A stretch of DNA of 58,700 nucleotides from Lobosporangium transversale (lineage: Eukaryota), in NCBI RefSeq assembly GCF_002105155.1, contig NW_019028997.1, forward strand, positions 682,001-740,700. The letters run 5' to 3'. The notes below the pieces were generated by a model, which saw only the letters and a list, made by a program, of their open reading frames with translations, was not told the DNA's origin and ran no database searches. Shown here piece after piece: positions 51,352 through 58,700 of the stretch. A program made the position numbers and the translations under genes. Numbering within the stretch: the stretch's first letter is position 1; every line of letters starts with the position of its first letter.

Positions 51352-53881
51352 CGAGCCGGAGACCGTGGCTTCGCCACGGCCGGCTCTTGCCTTGCCTCGT
51401 TAGAAATTTCATGAGGGCAAAATAAAGTGAAAATAAAAATCGTAGTCAAATACAACCAATTGTATCTTTGCATAACTTTTTTATTGATTGGGTCTTTTTT
51501 ACGAATCGCGCGATAAAATACAATAAAGCAAAATCAGTTAAGACTATATACATGTACAGTAGTAAAATAAACAAAAAATAAAACACAAAATAAGGCAGAA
51601 TATTTGGAAGATACGGTTGTAAATGAGAGGATGCTTATTTACAAAGCACCGTTGTAGACAATGTCCCGCATGTATAGCCCAGGCTGAGATTAAGTTCAAT
51701 TGCACCCACAACACCGATATATGGATCCGTCTTCAGCTTAGATTGGTTCTCGCTGATGAATTGAAGCTGATCCACCTCAAGCCTACTGTATTGATCGGTA
51801 GCGTACTAATAAGTCAAGCATGTATTCATCCTGATGAAAAATCGCTGGTCTGTTGAGCTCAAAGGACGAATCTGCAGCCTGTACGTGTAAAACTCCTCCA
51901 GCTTGGCGTATTCTCGACTTTTCCTAGCTCGGCCATCGCCCTCACCTACATCCACCTCTAGCTGGCCGTTTTCGCTACCGTCATAGCTGTCACCATGAGG
52001 CCCTGCAGAGGTTTGACCTGGCCTAGGCCATTTTTTATATTTTTTATATGTCCAGTCCTCGCCTTTTGGATGCAAGAGGTTATTATGGAGACTCTCGTGA
52101 GCTGGATGAACCTCACTGGTTTTTTTCAAACCACTGGCTCTGCTTTCAATTATGATGCCTTGCTGAGAAACCTTACTACTGGCGCCAGCCATCAATAGCA
52201 CGATTCCAGTTGATGAGAGGGCCTGTACTGCATTCGCCTTTGCCCTCTCCCCTCATGCTGAGGCCCAGCACGGATGACGACCTTCAGCCGCATGATATCC
52301 TCGTGCGCACATTCTCTGACGTCTTTGAGCGTATGGGCTATCGGGTAGTGTAGTTCAAGGAGCTGCTGTGGTTACTGCAACAGGCCTTCATCAAGGAATC
52401 CCCGAAATGGTTATTACGGAGTCTTGCTTGCTGAGCAGGGTCATGAATGTGAGCGTGAGCCTGCAGGAACAGAGAGGCAGCGCCTTCAGTTGGCGTCATA
52501 GGATCAATCAGAGTACCAACCCTTCCAATGATACGAAGCGTGTACACTCCATATAGGTTGTTCGCAAGGTCTTTATCAAGGTTCACTTCCATGGACGTGA
52601 ACGAAAGAGCGCAGTTATATGCTTATATGTGTTAACGGAATAACTTACCTTGCGGCTCTGCCCATCAAGAAGTTAAACCAAGGCTAAGTGGAGGAATATC
52701 CACTTGACCTCTCCCACAGCATAAAGGAAATTCTGGCCGGCTTTTACTACTGCGTTGCACACACATTCTTCAATAAACATGAAGGCACCGCAATAATGGC
52801 AACTCACCGGTACCTATATTGCATAATATTGGAACCCGAAACGAAATCTTGCTGAAACCTTTTTCTAGCGGGTGGTAGAAAGTTGTCTTCGGCAAAGGAA
52901 TTATCTTCGGTAGAAGGAGCATCCTCAACAGAAGGATCACCTTTACGCTCGTGTATTCTGAAGGTCAGTGGTAAATGGTAAATGGTAATTGTGTAAGATT
53001 AAGTACACGCAATGTATAATACAGTATAATAAGCCAATAAAAAACCGAACAAAAAGTAGCACACCCTTGTCTTTGCACGGGTCTTTCATCTTCATCTCCA
53101 CCATCTTCAAAACAATACTTCGTGTGCACACAGGCCTAGCGCCATTTTGCACTGAGTTACTAACAACGCTATTAAAGCAAGCAGTAAACAGGAAAAAACT
53201 AAGGATTAATAGTCTATTGCTGAGAAGAAAAAATCAAACCGTTGCAAATCAAACTCACCCTTTATTGCTTGAGCATGGTCTACATCTACTCCTAGGCAAC
53301 TGCAGATACTGCATTTATACACTGTAGGAGCTGGTTGACGGTGCTCGCCCTGCAGGTAAGTAATAATGATGGAGGGTTAAAAAAAGAATGACAAAATCTA
53401 ATGAATATAAAATAGGAACCTTTGCCTTCGAATTGACCCAACATTCTGCACATCGTTGCTGGCAGCGTTATTCAAGTTATAGAAGGTATATAAGCTTAAG
53501 CTCAGCATGCACCAACCACTACCATGTCAAAAATAAAATAAAATAAAATAAAAAAAAAGTTTTCTACGATTGTTAAATACCGAAATCACTCATTCTTCAT
53601 TATTTGGGTATGAGCTGCGCACATGGCCTGGACGACTGCACCCACATACAGACGTGGAATGGAAGGGGGAGCGAGGCGATTGGGGAAAATCGTTCTGTCT
53701 TTATCAGTTGGGAAAATATTATTAATGTTTATATATTCCAAAAACATAAAAACAAAAAGATAAGAAGGCCTTACCACATTCCTTACATTCTGAGGGCATA
53801 GTCTCTTGCCATGTCTGTCGCTGCTGCACAGGCTACATGCCATGAGGCGTAGCATTGAGAGGGATCTTTAACTAATATAGA
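51352..53881 (-). mobile_element. Internally deleted Helitron with both termini
   Basis: On the minus strand the 5' end is A|TCTATATTAG (53881). The 3' end has a hairpin CCGTGGCGAAGCCACGG (51379-51363) 11 nt before ...CTCG|T (51352). The site is A|T with no TSD. Degraded Rep N-terminal motifs on the same strand: CHYCGAFMF...PLCCGRGQV, YNCALSFTSM...GVYTLRI.G, LLHPKGE.W and EFYTYRLQIR. Confidence 0.78.
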
Positions 53882-54443
53882 TAATAAAATCCAAAAATAA
53901 AATAAAATAAAATAAAATAAAAATAAATGTAATAGTGGCAAAAGTAGAGAACAGTGGATAAACGTGAATTATATAGATGTAGTCCCTTCGGAAATAAACC
54001 GATATTCTCCTCACCTAATGCAATAACAAAAATAAAGTTAAGCATTTTAGCATGGCGGGTATGCAAGCGAAAATGCTAGAATTTAACTGTTACACTAGAT
54101 TGTTCCTCGCAGAAGAACTACGTAATGTAAATTATCATTCCCATAGTTTTAGATAGGCTTTCTAGCATTACTTTTGTAGTGTAGGAGGTACTCTTTTATG
54201 ATCATTACTTGGCTATTTAGCTACCTCTATTATAGACAATGCATCAGTATGGTACGTAGGTCCCTTGTCCTCTTTTTGTGAGGGAGATTGTGGGATTGAA
54301 AGAGAGCGAACAGTTGTTCATGTGGAGGTATGCGGGACGGCTGCTGGAGATCAACTCGGTGGAGTGAGTGCCGTTAGACCAAGGACTTGAGCCTGGCTAT
54401 CCTTAGAATAGGACAAACACATCCTTGCTGCAAGAGCAACCTA

Positions 54444-56046
54444 TAGTGCGTGCCAAAACTGATGCAATAAATTGCATTTTTCAACATTCATTCCTCATTC
54501 TCCTTCTTCCTCTTTATGATCTTCCCTGCCACCACCGTTTCTCATTCTCATTTGTCTCACCTCCATGGAGTCTCATCGTCATCGCCATCAGTGGCCTAAT
54601 TAGCATTTAATTGCAATTTGCTTTCAACATCTCATTGCATCTATTATGGCAATTAACAACTTCTTGTTTTTATTTATTCCTGTTACTTCTCCTTTCCCCT
54701 AACGATGTTCCCTCCTTTAGCCTTATATAACTCCCTCATCCTCTTCGGCATACCGCAGTATAGTTTGTGTAAGAATTCAGGAGGGATATGTGTCCATACG
54801 TCTTGGACTCTCTCCCAGAGATCCTCCATATCCTTTGCCTTGTCTGGATAATGATCCAACTGCACTTTCATGTATGCCCATATGTTTTCTATTGGGTTGA
54901 TGTCAGGAGAGTTTGCTGGCCATTCCATGAGAGGTATCTTAGACTTTTGGATATAGGTCATTGCTATTCTTCCGGTATGAATCCTAGCATTGTCCTGCTG
55001 AAATATAAATTTGTCCTTATCCATCAAGTAGTAATCCCTGGACTTAAAGATATAATCCTTGAGAACGTCGACGTATGTCACCGAATCCACCTTCTCTTGG
55101 AGCCAGCAGCCATCGCCTGGTCCGTAGTAAGTTATACAACCCCAGAACATCATTTTGCCTCCACCGCCTTGCCTTGTCTTTTTGATATGATGTGCTCGTA
55201 GAGTTTTATCCCATCGATGCTTGTAGTAGTACTTTCTTCCGCAGGACCCAACTCTGCTAAAGATGGTCTCATCTGAGAACATGACGTTCTTCCAGTCTTC
55301 TAGAGTCCAGTCCAAGTGATCCTTTGCAAAATTATATCGAGCATAGATTTGCTTCTTCGTCAGATCAGGCTGCTTCTGTTTTACATATGCCCCCATATCA
55401 TCCTGCATAAGGAACCTCCTGATGCTCGATTTACTAACCTGCACTCCTTCCCTCAATTGAACAAGTTGTTGGCCATCTTTTAGGGTCTGCAATACACCCA
55501 TGTCAAAAAATCTTGATAAAAGCTGTTTCGTTTTCTTAGTAACTTTGCAGGGTCGGCCCCCTCTCAGCACTGGAATACTTTCTTTGCCTCTTTTCCTAAT
55601 CCTTTGAGCTGAGGTAACAGATATCCCTAAACTCTTTGACACTTCTCTGGAAGACTTTCCCTGATGAAGTAGAGCAGTTGCATTTTGGATAGTTGATTTG
55701 GATAATGATTTCATGTTATGATAAAGATATGGCAGATATGTAGAGTGTCGCTTGGTGTATCAGTGGTGATGGTGCTATAAAGAAAGAATAAAGAATAAGA
55801 AAGAAGTAAGGGATGGACAAACCTGACATGTACTTTTTACCAAAACTGATGCAATGAGACATGACTATACAAATGGCGATTATTCGCTAATTGCGTCATT
55901 GATGAGAACAGCGATGACAGTCTACGAAGGTGAGACAAATGAGAATGAGAAGCGGTGATGGTAGGGAAGATCATTAGAAAGGAAAAGGAGAATGAGGAAT
56001 GAATGTTAAAAAATGCAAATTATTGCATCAGTTTTGGCACGCACCA
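54444..56046 (-). mobile_element. Complete Tc1/mariner transposon with imperfect TIRs of about 200 bp and TA target duplication
   Basis: The left end TA|TAGTGCGTGCCAAAACTGATGCAATA matches the right end TATTGCATCAGTTTTGGCACGCACCA|TA. TIR similarity spans about 54444-54650 versus 55840-56046. Confidence 0.92.
54683..55714 (-). CDS. Tc1-type DD34E transposase (343 aa), uninterrupted
   Basis: N-terminal HTH with GRP; WKNVMFSDE; MFWGC; FQQDNARIH; WPANSPDINPIENIW; 34 residues between the second D and the E. Confidence 0.95.
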   Translation of the reverse strand: MKSLSKSTIQNATALLHQGKSSREVSKSLGISVTSAQRIRKRGKESIPVLRGGRPCKVTKKTKQLLSRFFDMGVLQTLKDGQQLVQLREGVQVSKSSIRRFLMQDDMGAYVKQKQPDLTKKQIYARYNFAKDHLDWTLEDWKNVMFSDETIFSRVGSCGRKYYYKHRWDKTLRAHHIKKTRQGGGGKMMFWGCITYYGPGDGCWLQEKVDSVTYVDVLKDYIFKSRDYYLMDKDKFIFQQDNARIHTGRIAMTYIQKSKIPLMEWPANSPDINPIENIWAYMKVQLDHYPDKAKDMEDLWERVQDVWTHIPPEFLHKLYCGMPKRMRELYKAKGGNIVRGKEK

Positions 56047-57139
56047 TACGTCAAGCAAGCACTACATCGAAGTTCGGCTGCAGTCTTAAACCTTTCTACC
56101 TCATTTTTCCTTTCTTCCCCTTTTTCCATCTCCTATTCAAGCAATGCAAGCAGGGCAGAGCCGATTGGCCTATAAGCCCAGTCATATTCCTTCACCTGTT
56201 CTCCTCCTTGTAAGCTCTCTTCAAACCTCCGTCTCACCGGACTTGCCATGCTTTGATGACCCATTTGGCAGGTGGCGAAGGTCTGACAGATGAATGTATG
56301 GAACATATCTTTTTTTTTTCTTTTCAAATGAAGAGTGAAAGATATGTGAAGGTAAAGTGTGTGAAAGCAAGGAATGTGATAGAAGAAGGTGTAGAGTGGT
56401 AAAGTACGCCAAGAGTTCAGGCCCATAATATGTATATACTCTCGCATCGTATATTGTTGACATTGTGTGAATGGTATACCGTACTCAGAGTAGAGGTCAA
56501 ATTTTTTTGAGCAAAAATTTTTTGGTGTCGACATTTGCAATGAAGAGAGCACTACCCTTTATTTTCTCTTTTCATTTACAAATAAGATACCTCTTTATTT
56601 CCACCCAGGGAGCCATATTGGGGCCAAAGCCACTCTCTGTAGCAGTCACTTTGCCTTCATGGCAGTCACATTTCGGCACGTGCAGACACCCTTTCGTTCC
56701 AATATATAGGATGTTACGTCACACTTGGGGGCCAATTTAATCTTTAATCGCATGGCGTCTTGTGGAACAAGAAAAAAATTTTCTCACACACACAGCATAG
56801 CCCAACCTTGACAAATTTATCAATTGTCGCTCCTTTCTTTAACTTGCTTCACTTCATTTTTGCACTCTCTCCCTCTTCCTTTATCACTTTTTTCATATTT
56901 CACCCCAGTTTTGCTCCCATCAATTTTGCTCTTTTATTTATTCCAAGCCTTCATCTATTGCCTTTCCTTTCCTTTCCTTTCCTTTCCTTTCCTTTCCTTT
57001 TTTTTGCCTTACACATTTTTCATTTTTGTTTTCATACAGCGACCACGAGTGTGAAAGAGTATAGAATATACCTTTGCCTATTTAACCATCATTCTCCCTG
57101 CATTTCAACCACACTCAGTCCCACTCATCTTAATTTTCA

Positions 57140-58700
57140 ATGGCCACCACAAGGAGCCAAGCACAAAAAAAAATGACTGCAAATAAGCCTGAGGATGCCT
57201 CCACACTCAATAAACGAAAAAGAGTAAACCAGCACCCACAACGAAAAAAGCGCGCCATCCCACTGCTGCTGCTGAACTGCGTTGTCGAGGGAGAAGCAAC
57301 GTCGTTCCCAGTAGAGATTTTCTGCGATAAATCGGTCGGTATGCTCAAGCAAGCAATCTACCCCAATATTACTGTGGATCCAAGCATTAAGCCCAAAGAT
57401 CTCACCCTCTACAAGGTCTCCATCCCTGACAAAGGCAAGATCGTCGTTGAGTCAGAAATCGAGTCAAAAGAGGCTCTTACAGTCGCGTCAAGGAAGCTTG
57501 GGGACATATTTATTTCCGAACTTCCAGAGGAAACTATCCATGTTTTTGTCAAGCCACCACAGCGAGGTATGTATTTGGCTCTTGATGGACTGATTGTTGA
57601 TATTTCCAGCTGATGAAGCTTGGTTTATATCTTAAACGGCCATGTGCATGATATCACCATTTGGTTTGTGTCTTGATAACTCAACGTTCTTTCTCATTAT
57701 TCGCTTTTGATACTTAGCTCAGAAAAGAAAACAAGATGAAGATTCTGGTGAGTGCTTTTGGCCGAGAACCTGGTTATTGATCATTTTAGAGTGATGTGCA
57801 ATAAATCAAGAATATTAACTTTGATCACTCTATCTCCTTTATCAGAGTCACCCTCTAAAAAAGCTCGTCCAAGTATAAGTAGTAGAAGTGCTCTTAGGGA
57901 TGCGATTACAGAAGCAGGGGCTTGTAACGGAAGGGATAGTGAATGATAGGCCTGTAATCTCGCCTCTAAACTCGAAAGAGAGGGTCAAGGTGCTTTCGTA
58001 CATGGGGGAGGAGTTATCAGGAGATAGTATTTACTACAGCATTGTTAGCGTGGCTTGCGAGCTCCGAAATTCTGGTGGTATCAAGGATTCCAAACTATTG
58101 ACTGCTCCTGAGGGTTGTTATCTTCCCTGTTGCCGGAACAAGGCATCTTTATATCAGAGATGAATATAAAAAGCTTTATGACCATATTACATCTACATTC
58201 AGTACCCCTCATGGAGCTAGTTTGAACCGACTCTTTGTCACTGGAACGCCTGGAATTGGGAAGTCAGCCTTTTTGGTCTATTTTGCCATCCGCCTCCTTG
58301 CAGAGCATGACGAGGAGAATCCACCGATTATTGTTTTCCATGAAAAGAAGAATACCGAATGTTATGCCTACGGAGGAACAACTTGCCAACGTTATGGAGA
58401 GAGAGTAGATTTCAAACATTTTCTTGAGCAACCTGAAACGTGGTATTTAGTTGACAGTGGTAACCATCCTCAACCAGATCAAGCCAGGACGATATTTGCG
58501 GCATCACCAAAAACTCTCTATGGGCAGTACGATGAATTCACCAAGGAAAATTCACGCAGTAGCTACTATCACATGTCACTCTGGAGTTTGGACGAGCTTA
58601 AGGAATGTAGAGCCAATGTAAAGTTTTTTCATCCAGTGGATGAAGAATTTTTGGAGGAGCTTTTTACAAAGTTGGGGGTGCCAGACAGGTCCTACAGGTC
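57140..58700 (+). pseudogene. Crinkler copy 3 (runs off the window), with two +1 frameshifts
   Basis: Exons 57140-57566, 57718-57747 and 57846 onward. Extra bases near 57917 (GCAGGGG) and 58118 relative to the paralogues. It then reads VTGTPGIGKS...WYLVDS...YHMSLWSLDEL. The frameshifts could be sequencing errors. Confidence 0.75.

Overview
Eukaryotic, intron-containing, AT-rich fungal DNA with many homopolymer runs. The gene families present (GADLRQL-type LRR protein, Crinkler/CRN proteins, PD-(D/E)XK nuclease families) suggest Mortierellomycota/Mucoromycota; this assignment is inference. The central part (10-41 kb) holds conserved spliced genes: a GPI-anchored protein, a copper-fist transcription factor, Ran GTPase (with a GC-AG intron), a large LysM protein, a malate dehydrogenase ending in a PTS1, and a GCN4/CPC-1 bZIP with two uORFs. 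The flanks are accessory and effector-rich. The left end carries an LRR gene with hypervariable 84-nt repeats, a small secreted Cys-rich protein, nuclease pseudogenes and two hAT-type MITEs. The right third carries three tandem CRN genes (ubiquitin-like header, P-loop NTPase, REase-fold nuclease). They share near-identical 5' halves, introns included, but switch to different C-terminal modules at one breakpoint. They are interleaved with a foldback element with 674-bp inverted arms, an end-complete internally deleted Helitron and an intact Tc1 (DD34E) element. All coordinates, splice sites and family assignments were read by eye; no database search was run.
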